DNA of 64,000 bases, taken from Anaeromyxobacteraceae bacterium. GTDB taxonomy: Bacteria > Myxococcota > Myxococcia > Myxococcales > Anaeromyxobacteraceae. Below are positions 38,993 to 56,896 of this stretch, piece by piece. Both the position numbers and the translations under genes were made by a program. A model generated the notes under the pieces. It was not told the origin of the DNA and did no database searches. It saw only the letters and a program-made list of their open reading frames with translations. The stretch is from assembly GCA_032654565.1 (NCBI GenBank), contig JAULAX010000017.1:192001-256000 (forward strand). The letters run 5' to 3'. The stretch's first letter is position 1. The number at the start of each line of letters is the position of its first letter.

Positions 38993-41900
38993 TGGCCACG
39001 CCGCGCTACGCCGAGCTGCGCTGCCGCTCCTGCTTCTCCTTCCTCGAGGGGGCCAGCCACCCCGAGGAGCTGGTGGCGCGCGCCGCCGCGCTGGGGCTGT
39101 CGGCGCTGGCCCTCTCCGACCGGAACGGGCTGCAGGGGATCGTCAAGGCCCACGTCGAGGCCAAGCGGCTCGGCTTCCCGCTGCTGGTCGGCGCCGAGCT
39201 GGCGGTGGCCGACCTGGGGCGCGGCCGGCCCGGCTGGCTGACGCTGCTGGCCATCGACCGCGAGGGGTACGCCAACCTCTGCCGGCTCATCACCGCGGCC
39301 CACGGCGGCGATCCGGCCACGGCGGCGGCGGGGCGGCGCGAGCCCGAGGCGGTGCGGGTGGCGCAGCGGCTGCTGGGGGAGCGGGCCGGGGGGCTCTTCG
39401 CGCTCTACGGCGGCCACGACGGCGAGGCGGCGGCCCAGCTGCGCGACCTCTTCGGCCGCCGGCTGGCGCTGACGGTGTCGCGCCACCACGTGGCCGGCGA
39501 CGAGGCGCGGGTGGCCGCCTCCCGCTCCATCGGCGAGCGGCTCGCCATCCAGGTGGCGGTGGTCAACGACGTCGAGACCCACGAGCGACGCCGCCAGGTG
39601 CTGCAGGACGTGCTCACCTGCGTGCGGCTCGGGACCACCATCGACCGGGCCGGCCGCCGGCTCGCCCCCAACGCCGAGCGGACGCTCAAGGGGCCGGAGG
39701 AGATGGCCCGGCTCTGGGCCGACTTCCCGCAGGGGCTGGAGGCCACCCTGGAGATCGCGGCGCGCTGCCGCTTCCGCATGGAGGAGATCCGCGGCGAGCA
39801 CCCGCTGCCGCCGGTGCGGGTCGAGGCGGCGGGGCTGCAGGCCGGGGCGGCGGTCGCCATGTCGAGCCCGACCCAGGCGGAGCGGGCGGTGGCGCCGCAG
39901 CTGGTGACCCGGCTGCGGACCACGCGCGGGGCGGGGGCGGCCCCGAGGGCGCTGGAGCCAGCGGATCGAGGCGAAGGAACCCGTCGCCGGGACGGGACGT
40001 GCGAGGAGCGGGCCGCGCAGGAGGACGGCCGTCGTCCGCCGAGCAGCGAAGCGACGAGTCCGCCCGTCGCAGGCGGGGATCGTTCGCCGGCCCTGGCCGG
40101 CATGGACCTGCTCCGCACCCTGGTGCGGGAGGGGGCCCGCTGGCGCTACGGCGGCGAGCCGCCGGCCGACGTGGCGCGCCAGCTGGAGAAGGAGCTGACG
40201 CTGGTCGAGCAGCTCGGCTACGCCAGCTACTTCCTCACCGTCTGGGACGTGGTCCGCTTCGCCAGGGAGCGCGGCATCCTCTGCCAGGGGCGGGGCAGCG
40301 CCGCCAACTCGGCGGTCTGCTACGTGCTGGGGGTCACCTCCATCGATCCGGTGCGGATGGGGCTGCTCTTCGAGCGGTTCATCTCGGCGGAGCGGGGCGA
40401 GCCGCCCGACATCGACATCGACTTCGAGCACGAGCGGCGCGAGGAGGTGCTGCAGTACGTCTACCAGCGCTACGGCCGGGACCACGCCGGGATGGTCTGC
40501 GAGGTGATCACCTACCGGACCCGCTCGGCGCTGCGCGACGTCGGCAAGGCGCTGGGGCTGTCGCTCGCCCAGGTGGACCGGCTCGGGAAGGCGGTCTCGC
40601 ACCACGAGGACCCCACCGCCATCTCCGACGCCACCCTGGCCCAGGCCGGGCTCGACCCCGCCCAGGCGCCGCGGGTGCGCCAGGTGCTGGCGCTGGCCGG
40701 CGAGCTGCAGGGCTTCCCGCGCCACCTCTCCATCCACGTCGGTGGCTTCGTCATCACCCGGAGGCCGCTCAGCGAGACCGTCCCCATCGAGCCGGCCTCC
40801 ATGCCGGGCCGGACCATCGTGCAGTGGGACAAGGACGACCTGGCGGCGCTCGACCTGCTCAAGGTCGACCTGCTGGCGCTGGGGATGCTCACCGCCCTGT
40901 CGCGGGCCCTCGACCTGCTGGCGCGCCACCACCCGGCGCCGGCCCGTCCCACGCCGGTGGCCTGGCCCGACTCGCTGGCCACCATCCCCGCCGAGGAGCC
41001 GGCGGTCTACGCCATGGCCAGCCGCGCCGACACCGTCGGCGTCTTCCAGATCGAGTCGCGGGCGCAGATGGGGCTGCTGCCGCGGCTCCAGCCGCGCTGC
41101 TTCTACGATCTCGTCATCTCGGTGGCCATCATCCGGCCCGGGCCCATCCAGGGGGGCATGGTCCACCCCTTCCTGCGGCGGCGCGACGGTCGGGAGGCGG
41201 TGACCTACCCGTACCCGCCGCTGGAGCCGGTGCTGGCCCGCACCCTCGGCATCCCGCTCTTCCAGGAGCAGGCCATGCGGCTGGCCGTGGTGGCGGCCGG
41301 CTTCACGCCGGGCGAGGCCGACGAGCTGCGGCGGGTCATGACCCACCGGCGCTCGCATGAGCGGCTGGCGGCCATGAAGGCCCGGCTGCTGGACGGCATG
41401 GCCGAGCGGCGCATCCCCGCCGCCGACGCCGAGAAGATCTTCACCCACCTGCTCGGCTTCGCCGGCTACGGCTTCCCCGAGTCGCACGCCGCCTCCTTCG
41501 CGCTGCTGGTCTACGCCTCGGCCTGGCTCAAGTGCCACCACCCGGCGGTCTTCGCCGCCGCGCTCATCAACAGCCAGCCCATGGGCTTCTACGCGCCGCA
41601 CACGCTGGTGGAGGACGCCAAGCGCCACGGCGTGGAGGTGCGCGGCGTCGACGTCGACTGGAGCGGCTGGGAGAGCGCGCTGGAGGGCACCCGGCCCGGG
41701 CAGCCCCCGGCGCCGGGCCAGCCGCCCGCCGTCCGGCTCGGGCTCCACCTGGTGCAGGGGCTGCCGCGCCAGGTGGGCGAGGCGGTGGCGGCGGCGCGGG
41801 CCCAGGGGCCCTTCGGCTCGGTGGCGGCGCTCTGCCTGCGGGCCGGCCTCTCGCGGGCCTGGGCCACCCGGCTGGCCGAGGCCGGGGCGCTCGGCGGGCT

Positions 41901-42435
41901 CGAGCCGGAGCGGCGCGAGGCGGTCTGGAGGTCGATGGCGCTGCCGGCCCAGCCGGACAGCGGCGACCTCTTCGCCGGGCTGGCCCCGGCCGAGCCGGAG
42001 GCGCGGCTGGAGCCGGCCGGGGCGGCGGAGCTGGTGCAGGGGGACTACGCCACCACCGGCCTCTCGGTGCGAGGCCACCCCATGTCGCTGGTCCGCCCCA
42101 CGCTCGCCGGCGGCCGGGTGCGGACAGCCAGCGAGCTCGGCCGGCTCGACGACCGGGCGCCGGTGGAGGTGGCCGGGCTGGTGATCGTGCGGCAGCGGCC
42201 GGAGACGGCCCACGGCATCGTCTTCGTCTCGCTGGAGGACGAGACCGGCATCGCCAACCTGGTGGTCATGCCCGACGTCTACGAGCGCTACCGGCCGGTG
42301 GTGCGCGGCTCGCCGTTCCTGCTGGCCCGGGGGCGGCTGGAGCGGAACGGTCGGGTGGTCAACGTCCGGGTGGACACCCTGGCGACGCTGGCCTTCGCGC
42401 CCAGCGTCGGGGAGCGGGCGAGGAACTTCCATTGA
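38992..42435 (+). CDS. dnaE2: Error-prone DNA polymerase DnaE2/ImuC
   Basis: YAELRCRSCFSFLEGASHPEEL, GRGSAANS, PPDIDIDFE, KVDLLALGML, GFPESHAASF, C-terminal ARNFH. Confidence 0.95.
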   Translation: MATPRYAELRCRSCFSFLEGASHPEELVARAAALGLSALALSDRNGLQGIVKAHVEAKRLGFPLLVGAELAVADLGRGRPGWLTLLAIDREGYANLCRLITAAHGGDPATAAAGRREPEAVRVAQRLLGERAGGLFALYGGHDGEAAAQLRDLFGRRLALTVSRHHVAGDEARVAASRSIGERLAIQVAVVNDVETHERRRQVLQDVLTCVRLGTTIDRAGRRLAPNAERTLKGPEEMARLWADFPQGLEATLEIAARCRFRMEEIRGEHPLPPVRVEAAGLQAGAAVAMSSPTQAERAVAPQLVTRLRTTRGAGAAPRALEPADRGEGTRRRDGTCEERAAQEDGRRPPSSEATSPPVAGGDRSPALAGMDLLRTLVREGARWRYGGEPPADVARQLEKELTLVEQLGYASYFLTVWDVVRFARERGILCQGRGSAANSAVCYVLGVTSIDPVRMGLLFERFISAERGEPPDIDIDFEHERREEVLQYVYQRYGRDHAGMVCEVITYRTRSALRDVGKALGLSLAQVDRLGKAVSHHEDPTAISDATLAQAGLDPAQAPRVRQVLALAGELQGFPRHLSIHVGGFVITRRPLSETVPIEPASMPGRTIVQWDKDDLAALDLLKVDLLALGMLTALSRALDLLARHHPAPARPTPVAWPDSLATIPAEEPAVYAMASRADTVGVFQIESRAQMGLLPRLQPRCFYDLVISVAIIRPGPIQGGMVHPFLRRRDGREAVTYPYPPLEPVLARTLGIPLFQEQAMRLAVVAAGFTPGEADELRRVMTHRRSHERLAAMKARLLDGMAERRIPAADAEKIFTHLLGFAGYGFPESHAASFALLVYASAWLKCHHPAVFAAALINSQPMGFYAPHTLVEDAKRHGVEVRGVDVDWSGWESALEGTRPGQPPAPGQPPAVRLGLHLVQGLPRQVGEAVAAARAQGPFGSVAALCLRAGLSRAWATRLAEAGALGGLEPERREAVWRSMALPAQPDSGDLFAGLAPAEPEARLEPAGAAELVQGDYATTGLSVRGHPMSLVRPTLAGGRVRTASELGRLDDRAPVEVAGLVIVRQRPETAHGIVFVSLEDETGIANLVVMPDVYERYRPVVRGSPFLLARGRLERNGRVVNVRVDTLATLAFAPSVGERARNFH

Positions 42436-42470
42436 TCGTGCTCGCAGCCCTCCGCGCCAGGGTGGCGCCC

Positions 42471-42810
42471 AATCGTGCTGGCGCCGGTTTCTGGTGGCGC
42501 CAGCGCAAGACTCGAGGAGCGCCTCGGAGCATCGCTGGACAGGTCCGATTCTCCGAACGCCGCAGCCCCAACGAAAGGCCCGCACCCCAGTCGCGACGAG
42601 GCCAGCCGTGCTGGCGCCGGCTTCTGGTGGCGCCAGCGCAAGACGCGAGGAGCGCCTCGGAGCATCGCTGGACAGGTCCAATTCTCCGAACGCCGCAGCC
42701 CCAACGAAAGACCCGCACCCCTGGGGAGGGATGCGGGCCGTATCAGCAGGAGCGAGAGGACCTGCTCATGGCTTGCGACGAGGCCACCAGAAGCCGGCCT
42801 CGTCGCGATT
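42471..42810. repeat. REP/BIME-like mosaic: two 115-bp direct repeats plus 39-bp palindromic units
   Basis: 42474-42588 versus 42607-42721 (4 mismatches); hairpin units at 42471-42509, 42607-42642 and (inverted) 42772-42810. Confidence 0.85.
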
Positions 42811-42840
42811 GAGCGACGCTAGAAGCCGTCGCCGTCGCGA

Positions 42841-45603
<2,763 letters not shown>

Positions 45604-45826
45604 CTGTCCGTCCCTTCGCCCGCGAGCTCCCGCTCCAGGCGCACGAGTTCCCGTTCACGTGCACGAATGGCCATGCACGCGTCGATGACTTCCCCCGGCC
45701 GGCCCGCGTGGATGAACCGGGGGATTAGCTTGGTGGTCTGACAACGAAAGGTGTCCGTGCTGGAAGCCCGCCGCCCGACCCGCCGCCCGCTCCTTCACGT
45801 CTCCTGCCCCTGCGCTACCGCGGCGC

Positions 45827-45910
45827 AATGTAGCAAGAGGTGGGGCCCTGTCAACGAAGAGACCACTACCTATTGTATGGTACACACCAAAACACCACAA
45901 GATACGGGCA
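45827..45910 (-). promoter_or_regulatory. nrdJ promoter and tandem NrdR boxes
   Basis: Minus strand TTGACA-N16-TACATT (45854-45827); NrdR-like boxes CCACTACCTATTGTAT (45863) and CCACAAGATACGGGCA (45895), 32 bp apart. Confidence 0.6.
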
Positions 45911-46041
45911 GTTCAGCCAATACCACCCCTTGGGGTGTCCGATATCGCCAGAGAGTCCTTGACAGCCGGTCGAAGCGGCCGGGAATCCGCCCGGGCGACG
46001 TGGCCTGACCTGCCCCGCGCGTGCTACAAGCCCGCTCCCAC

Positions 46042-47839
<1,798 letters not shown>

Positions 47840-47847
<8 letters not shown>

Positions 47848-48682
47848 GGCCGCCAGCGGGGCGGGGGAGCCGGGCCCGCCGGCCCCCTCCGGAACCCTGC
47901 GGCGCGACCTGCCGCGGACCGCCCTGGCCGCGCTGGCGGTGGCCCTGCTGATCCGCGGGACGGTGGTGGAGCCGTTCGCCGTCCCCGGCGGCTCGATGGC
48001 CCCCACGCTGCTCGACGGGGACGTGGTGCTGGTCTCCCGGCTGGCCTACGGGCTGCGGTTCCCCTTCACCGGCTTCACCCTGCTGCCGCTGGCCGCGCCA
48101 CGCCGCGGCGACGTGGTGGTGTTCCGCGACCCGCGGGACCGCTCCCGGCGGCTGGTGCGCCGGGTCATCGGCCTCGACGGTGACGTCGTCGAGCTCCGCG
48201 AGCAGCAGCTGCTGGTGGCCGGGGTGGTCCAGCCCAGGCTCGCGGCCGGGGAGCGCGACGACCAGGAGCGGGACCCGGTCACCGGGGCGGTCCAGCACGA
48301 CACCTGCCGGGCCTACCGCGAGATGCTGGCGCTGGGGCGGCTCGATGGCCGGGCCGGGGAGGGGCCGGCGGCGCAGGCCGAGGCCTGGTCCAGGGGGGCG
48401 GCGGCCGGCGTCATGGGCCACGACCTGCTGCAGTGCCGGCGGGCCCGGCCCGGGCGCGGGCAGGGGCCCTTCGGGCCGGTCCGCCGGGGTCACCTCTTCG
48501 TGCTCGGAGACAACCGCGACCGGGCCATCGACGGCCGGGACGGCGGCTGGCAGGTGCCGGTGGAGGACGTGATCGGCCGGGTGGCGCTGGTGGGCTGGGG
48601 GTGGGGCCCGGGGGGCTGGTGGCCCGGGGCGGGGGCCGGCCAGGGCGTGCGGATCGACCGCCTTCTCAAACCGGTCGAGTAG
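47840..48682 (+). CDS. lepB: Signal peptidase I homolog (catalytic Lys apparently replaced)
   Basis: [39 protein letters not shown]; follows lepA. Confidence 0.8.
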
Positions 48683-48700
48683 CGGTACAAGCGATCCCCG

Positions 48701-49162
48701 ATGATCCCCTCCGCCTCGCCTCGCCAGCGCTCCCTGCAGCGCGGCGAGATCTCCTGGGTCACCGTCCTGATGCTGCTGCTCCTGGCCTCCGGGGGCTACC
48801 TGGCGGTGGTCTGGGGGCCCGTCTACATCGTCCGCTACGAGGTCGGGGTGATCACCGGCGAGATCGCCAACCGGGCGGTGAACGACCGCGACGACGCCCG
48901 GCTGGTGGCGGCGCTCTGCGACAAGATCAGGAACCTGTCCACGGTCAAGGCGCCGCAGCCGGACGGCAGCATCCTCGAGGTCCCGGCCGTCGAGCTCCGC
49001 CCCGAGGACGTGACCTGGGAGCGCGACGCCACCGGCATGCCTCGCACCCTGCGCATCGCCTTCGAGTACACCACCAGCGTCCACTACCTGCTCTTCGACC
49101 GCTTCACCGAGAAGACCTTCGCCGTCGACTGGTCCCAGGACATCTCGCCAGTGAAGTGGTGA
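48701..49162 (+). CDS. DUF4845-like pilin-type membrane protein
   Basis: QRG-EISWVTVLMLLLL prepilin-like N-terminus, PVY motif, position after lepB. Confidence 0.55.
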   Translation: MIPSASPRQRSLQRGEISWVTVLMLLLLASGGYLAVVWGPVYIVRYEVGVITGEIANRAVNDRDDARLVAALCDKIRNLSTVKAPQPDGSILEVPAVELRPEDVTWERDATGMPRTLRIAFEYTTSVHYLLFDRFTEKTFAVDWSQDISPVKW

Positions 49163-49184
49163 GCCAGCGCGGCACGGGGGAGGC

Positions 49185-49721
49185 ATGAACTCGCAGCAGA
49201 TCGAGCAGGTCCTGGCGCGGCTCGGCCAGGAGATCGCGGCCCGGGCCACCGCCGTCGGCGCCGCCGAGACGCTGGCCATCGTCGGCATCCGGCGCGGCGG
49301 GGTCCACCTGGCCGCCCGGCTGGGGGCGGACCTGGCCCTGCGGCTGGGCCACCGGCCCCCCACCGGCACCCTGGACATCGCCCTCTACCGCGACGACCTC
49401 TCGGCCCGCGGGGTGGCGCCGGTGGTCGGCCCCACCGACATCCGCTTCCCGCTGGACGGCAAGACGGTGCTGCTGGTCGACGACGTGCTCTACACCGGGC
49501 GCACGGTGCGGGCCGCCCTCGACGAGCTGGTCGACTTCGGCCGGCCGCGGCGGGTCTGGCTGGCGGTGCTGGTGGACCGGGGCGGCCACGAGCTGCCCAT
49601 CGCCGCCGACTTCGCCGGCGCCACCCTGGCGGTGCCGGACCAGCAGGACGTGCAGGTGACGCTGCGCGAGGACGGGGCCGCCGAGGACGCGGTGGTCGTC
49701 ACCACGAGGAGGCCGCGGTGA
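49185..49721 (+). CDS. pyrR: PyrR attenuation regulator/uracil phosphoribosyltransferase
   Basis: [42 protein letters not shown]. Confidence 0.93.
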   Translation: MNSQQIEQVLARLGQEIAARATAVGAAETLAIVGIRRGGVHLAARLGADLALRLGHRPPTGTLDIALYRDDLSARGVAPVVGPTDIRFPLDGKTVLLVDDVLYTGRTVRAALDELVDFGRPRRVWLAVLVDRGGHELPIAADFAGATLAVPDQQDVQVTLREDGAAEDAVVVTTRRPR

Positions 49722-50659
49722 TCGGTCGACAGAAGCACTGCATCGCGCTGGAGGACTTCTCCCGGGAGGAGCTGCTGCAGGTGCTCGACCTGGCGGTCTC
49801 CATGAAGGAGGTGCTGCTCCGGCCCATCAAGAAGGTGCCGAGCCTGCGCGGCAAGTCGGTGGTGAACCTCTTCTTCGAGGCCTCGACGCGCACCCGCAGC
49901 TCCTTCGAGATCGCCGCCAAGGTGCTCTCCGCCGACGCCCTCAACTGGACCTCGGCCAGCTCCTCGGTGACCAAGGGGGAGACCCTGGTGGACACCGCCC
50001 GCAACCTCGAGGCCATGCGCCCCGACGTGCTGGTGATCCGCCACTCCGCCAGCGGGGCGCCGCGGCTGGTGGCCGAGCACGTCGGCTGCGCGGTGGTCTC
50101 GGCCGGCGACGGGGCCCACGAGCACCCCAGCCAGGGGCTGCTCGACTGCTTCACCATCCGCGAGAAGCTGGGTACCCTGGAGGGGAAGACCCTGGCCATC
50201 GTCGGCGACATCAGCCACAGCCGGGTGGCCCGCTCCGACCTGCACGCCTTCACCAAGCTCGGCACCACGGTCCGGCTCTGCGGCCCGCCCACCATGATCC
50301 CGGCCGGGGTCGAGGGGCTCGGCTGCACCGTCACCCACGACCTGCGCACCGCCGTGGAGGGGGCCGACGCCGTGGTCATGCTGCGCATCCAGCATGAGCG
50401 CATCGGCGACCCGCTCATCCCCAACACCCGCGAGTACTCGCGCCTCTGGGGGCTCAACGGCAAGAAGGCCCGGGAGTGGCTCAAGCCCTCGGCCCTCATC
50501 CTCCACCCCGGCCCCATCAACCGCGGCGTCGAACTCTCGCCCGACGTCGCCGACGGGCCCCACAGCGTCATCCTCGACCAGGTGCAGAACGGAGTTGCGG
50601 TCCGGATGGCGATCCTCTACCTCCTCGCCGGCGGCGATCCGGCGGAGGCCAAGGCATGA
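49718..50659 (+). CDS. pyrB: Aspartate carbamoyltransferase
   Basis: [29 protein letters not shown]. Confidence 0.96.
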   Translation: MIGRQKHCIALEDFSREELLQVLDLAVSMKEVLLRPIKKVPSLRGKSVVNLFFEASTRTRSSFEIAAKVLSADALNWTSASSSVTKGETLVDTARNLEAMRPDVLVIRHSASGAPRLVAEHVGCAVVSAGDGAHEHPSQGLLDCFTIREKLGTLEGKTLAIVGDISHSRVARSDLHAFTKLGTTVRLCGPPTMIPAGVEGLGCTVTHDLRTAVEGADAVVMLRIQHERIGDPLIPNTREYSRLWGLNGKKAREWLKPSALILHPGPINRGVELSPDVADGPHSVILDQVQNGVAVRMAILYLLAGGDPAEAKA

Positions 50660-51954
50660 ACGACGTGATCATCATCAGGGGCGGGCGGGTCATCGACCCG
50701 GCCACCGGCACCGACGCGGTGCGGACCGTGGTGCTGCGCGACGGCGCCGTGGCCGAGGTGGCCGAGCGGGTCGAGGCCCCCACGGGCGCCACCATCCTCG
50801 ACGCCACCGGGCGCTGGGTGACGCCGGGCTTCATCGACCTGCACGTGCACCTGCGCGAGCCGGGGCAGGAGTACAAGGAGACGGTGGCGACCGGGGCCCG
50901 CGCGGCGGTGGCCGGCGGCTTCACCTCCATCGTCTGCATGCCCAACACCAAGCCGGTCAACGACACCCTGGCGGTCACCGAGCTGATCCTGGCCCGGGCC
51001 GCGACGGCCGGGCTGGCCCGCGTCTACCCCTGCGGCTGCATCTCCAAGGGCTCCAGCGGCGAGGAGCTGGCCGAGTATGGCGAGCTCCAGGCCGGGGGCT
51101 GCGTGGCCCTCTCCGACGACGGCAAGCCGGTGATGTCCTCCTCGCTGATGCGCCGGGCCCTGGAGTACGCCCGCACCTTCGGCCTGCCGTTGACCGTCCA
51201 CGAGGAGGACCTGGCCCTGGTCGGAAAGGGGGTCATGCACGAGGGGGCCTCCTCGACGCGCCTCGGCCTCAAGGGGATCCCCGGCCAGGCCGAGGAGGTG
51301 ATGGTGCTGCGCGACATCGCCCTGGCCGAGCTGACCGGGGGGCGGGTCCACATCGCCCACGCCTCGTCGGCCGGCACGGTGCGGGCGGTGCGCGAGGCCA
51401 AGCGCCGCGGCCTGCCGGTCACCGCCGAGGTCACCCCCCACCACCTCTCGCTCACCGACGAGGACGTGGCCGCCTCCGGCTACTCCACCGACTTCAAGAT
51501 GAGCCCGCCGCTCCGCTCCCGGGCCGACGTGGCCGCCTGCGTGGAGGGGCTGGCCGACGGCACCCTCGACTGCATCGCCACCGACCACGCGCCCCACTCG
51601 CCGGTGGAGAAGGACGTGGAGTTCGACGCCGCCCTGAACGGCATCATCGGGCTGGAGACCGCCTTCCCGGTCTGCCTGGCGCTGGTCAAGGCCGGCACGC
51701 TGACCGAGCGCCGGCTCGTCGAGGCCCTCACCGCCTCGCCGGCCCGGGCCTTCGGCCTGCCCGGCGGCACCCTGGCCCGCGGCGCCCCCGCCGACGTGGC
51801 CATCCTCGATCCCGCCGCCGAGTGGCTCTGCACGGCCGGGTCGTTCCACTCCAAGAGCACCAACTCCCCGTGGAAGGGGCGGCGCCTCACCGGCCGCTGC
51901 ACGCACGCCATCGTCGGCGGGCGGCTGGTCCACGCGGGCGGCAAGGAGTCATGA
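50656..51954 (+). CDS. pyrC: Dihydroorotase
   Basis: [21 protein letters not shown]. Confidence 0.95.
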   Translation: MNDVIIIRGGRVIDPATGTDAVRTVVLRDGAVAEVAERVEAPTGATILDATGRWVTPGFIDLHVHLREPGQEYKETVATGARAAVAGGFTSIVCMPNTKPVNDTLAVTELILARAATAGLARVYPCGCISKGSSGEELAEYGELQAGGCVALSDDGKPVMSSSLMRRALEYARTFGLPLTVHEEDLALVGKGVMHEGASSTRLGLKGIPGQAEEVMVLRDIALAELTGGRVHIAHASSAGTVRAVREAKRRGLPVTAEVTPHHLSLTDEDVAASGYSTDFKMSPPLRSRADVAACVEGLADGTLDCIATDHAPHSPVEKDVEFDAALNGIIGLETAFPVCLALVKAGTLTERRLVEALTASPARAFGLPGGTLARGAPADVAILDPAAEWLCTAGSFHSKSTNSPWKGRRLTGRCTHAIVGGRLVHAGGKES

Positions 51955-53078
51955 TGCGCGCGGCCACCCTGGCGCTGGCGGACGGCACCACCTTCGAAGG
52001 CAGCGGGTTCGGCCATGACGGGGAGGCCGCCGGCGAGGTGGTGTTCAACACCTCGCTGACCGGCTACCAGGAGATCCTCACCGACCCCTCCTACGTCGGG
52101 CAGATGGTCTGCATGACCTACCCGGAGCAGGGGAACACCGGGTGCACCGTGGCCGACGACGAGTCCGACCGGGTCCACGCCACCGCCTTCATCGCCCGCC
52201 ACCACGCCGAGGCGCCCTCCAGCTTCCGCGCCCAGGAGGGGCTGGACGCCTTCCTGAGGCGCCACCGGGTGACCGGGCTGGTCGGCATCGACACCCGCCG
52301 GCTGGTGCGTCACCTGCGCACCCACGGCGCGCAGATGGGGATCATCTCCAGCCAGGGGACCGCCGCCGAGCTGGTGGCGCGGGCCCGGGCCCTCCCCGGC
52401 CTCGAGGGCCAGGATCTCGCCACCCGCATCTCCACCCCGACCCGCTACGAGTGGCGCGAGACCGGCGCCGACGCCTGGACCGACGCCGGCCGCGGCCAGG
52501 CCCGGGGGCCACGCTTCCACGTGGTGGCCTACGACTGGGGGCTGAAGCGGGCCATGCTGCGGCTGCTGGCCGAGCAGGGCTGCCGCATCACCGTGGTGCC
52601 GAGCCGGACCACCGCCGCCGAGGCCCTGGCCCTGAAGCCCGACGGCATCTTCCTCACCAACGGCCCGGGGGATCCCGCCGCGGTGACCGGCGCCCGCGAG
52701 ACGGTGGCGGCGCTGCTCGGGAAGGTGCCGGTCTTCGGCATCTGCCTCGGCCACCAGATCCTCTCGCTGGCGCTCGGCGCCCGCACCTACAAGCTCAAGT
52801 TCGGCCACCGCGGCGCCAACCAGCCGGTCAAGGAGCTGGCCACCGGCAAGGTGGACATCACCGTGCAGAACCACGGCTTCGCCGTGGACGAGAAGTCGCT
52901 GGGGACGCGGGCCCGGGTCACCCACGTCAACCTCAACGACGGCACCGTGGAGGGGATCGAGGTGCTCGACGCCCCGGCCTTCAGCGTCCAGTACCACCCC
53001 GAGGCCGCCCCCGGCCCGCACGACGCCCGCTCGCTGTTCGGCCGGTTCGTGGGGATGATGGAGCGCGCCAGGCCATGA
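51951..53078 (+). CDS. carA: Carbamoyl-phosphate synthase small subunit
   Basis: [36 protein letters not shown]. Confidence 0.96.
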   Translation: MMRAATLALADGTTFEGSGFGHDGEAAGEVVFNTSLTGYQEILTDPSYVGQMVCMTYPEQGNTGCTVADDESDRVHATAFIARHHAEAPSSFRAQEGLDAFLRRHRVTGLVGIDTRRLVRHLRTHGAQMGIISSQGTAAELVARARALPGLEGQDLATRISTPTRYEWRETGADAWTDAGRGQARGPRFHVVAYDWGLKRAMLRLLAEQGCRITVVPSRTTAAEALALKPDGIFLTNGPGDPAAVTGARETVAALLGKVPVFGICLGHQILSLALGARTYKLKFGHRGANQPVKELATGKVDITVQNHGFAVDEKSLGTRARVTHVNLNDGTVEGIEVLDAPAFSVQYHPEAAPGPHDARSLFGRFVGMMERARP

Positions 53079-53758
53079 CCCTGCCCGAGCTCCACGAGCG
53101 GCTGCTCTCGTGGGCGACCGCGGCCGAGCACCAGGCCGACCTGCTGGCGGCCCGGGCCGACCACTTCGGCCGCTACGGGGAGCCGCACGAGGAGGACCAG
53201 TCCTACGAGCAGCGGGTCAACGCCATGCTCGACGCCTATCTCTACGAGTGGCGCCCCGCCCCGCTGGCGCCCACCACGCTGGAGCGGTTCATCGACGAGG
53301 CCGGGGCCGGGCTGGCCGCCGAGGACCACGCCGTGGTGGCCGGGCTGCTGGCGCAGCGGCGCGGGCTCTTCGAGGTCAAGCGGGTGCAGCCCGGGCTGGT
53401 GCGCGTGGCCGACGCCTTCACCGGCGAGCTGATCGAGGTGGCGGAGCGACGGCAGGTGGCCGGGCTGGAGAAGGGGGACCTGCTGGAGGCGCGGCTGCTG
53501 CCCTACGAGGGGAAGCTGGTCTTCTCCGGCGCCTTCCTCTACCACCCCCGCGAGGCCCGCCGGCTGATCCTCGCCGAGGTGAAGCGGCTCAAGAAGGCGG
53601 CCGGCAAGGCGGCGCAGCCCGACCAGGGGGCGTTCCTCGCCACCCTCTCGCGGATGGCCTTCAAGCTGGAGCGCTACCGGAACGTCCGGCTGGAGTCGAT
53701 CTACGACTTCCAGGTCGAGCCCCGGGCCATGACGCCGCGGCCGCCCGGGCGCCGCTGA
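53075..53758 (+). CDS. Hypothetical protein
   Basis: ATGA overlap with car[12 protein letters not shown]...[17 protein letters not shown]; typical codon usage. Confidence 0.75.
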   Translation: MTLPELHERLLSWATAAEHQADLLAARADHFGRYGEPHEEDQSYEQRVNAMLDAYLYEWRPAPLAPTTLERFIDEAGAGLAAEDHAVVAGLLAQRRGLFEVKRVQPGLVRVADAFTGELIEVAERRQVAGLEKGDLLEARLLPYEGKLVFSGAFLYHPREARRLILAEVKRLKKAAGKAAQPDQGAFLATLSRMAFKLERYRNVRLESIYDFQVEPRAMTPRPPGRR

Positions 53759-53773
53759 CGGGGCCCGGCCCGG

Positions 53774-54449
53774 GTGCGCTGGCTCATCGTCAACGCCGAC
53801 GACCTGGGGTACGACCCGGAGATCGATCGCGGCATCCTCGAGGCCCACGCCCGGGGGATCGTCGGCTCGGCCACCGCCATGGTGGAGACGCCGTTCGCCG
53901 AGGCGGCCCTGCGCGCGGCGCCGGCCTCGCTGGCGGTGGGACTCCACGCCGTCCTCGACCCGGCCGCGGACCTGGCCCGCGGCCGAGGCGGCGCTGCGCC
54001 GGCAGCTGCGCCGCTTCGTCGAGCTGCGCGGGGAGCTCCCCTCCCACCTCGACAGCCACAAGCACGCCCACGCCGCGCCCGGGCCGTTCGCCGCCGCGGT
54101 CCGGGTGGCGCAGGAGCACCGGCTGCCGGTGCGGTCCCTCGACGCCGCCATGCGCGGCGCGCTGCGGGCCGCCGGGCTGGCCACCGCCGACGCCTTCCTC
54201 GGGGACGCGGCGCGGCGCCCGGCCTGGACCGAGGCGGGGCTGCTCGCGGCGCTGGAGCGGCTGGAGGAGGGGACCACCGAGCTGATGGCGCACCCGGGCT
54301 ATCGCCCCAGCCAGGCCCGGACCAGCTTCGGCGTGGAGCGGGAGGCCGAGCTGGAGGCGCTGGTCAGTCCGCGCGTCCGGGCCCTGGTCAGAAGCGCGGG
54401 TCTTCACTTGGGTTCCTATCGTGACGTGGCGCGCCGCCGCATGGGCTGA
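53774..54449 (+). pseudogene. ChbG/YdjC-family deacetylase, frameshifted near 53981
   Basis: LIVNADDLG..GLH in one frame; PSHLDSHKHAH and ELMAHPGY in the +1 frame. Confidence 0.75.
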
Positions 54450-54606
54450 GCCGCCCCCGGGCGCGGATCGACTCGAATGTCGACCGCACGAGTCCGCAAA
54501 ATCCCTATGAAATTCGGATACCTCCGCGACAGACCGTCTTTACTCACGGAGGGGAAGGGTGGTAACAGAGCCGCTCCGGTTTCTCCCGAACGTCGAGGTC
54601 CGAACG

Positions 54607-56896
<2,290 letters not shown>

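Noticed and set aside
39780..40100. Intein in DnaE2
   Set aside because: No C/S start with HN-C/S/T end and no endonuclease motifs; better explained as linker plus palindromic insertion
42471..42810. Possible CRISPR array
   Set aside because: The sequence between the repeated hairpins is itself repeated rather than unique, there are only two periods, and no cas genes are present
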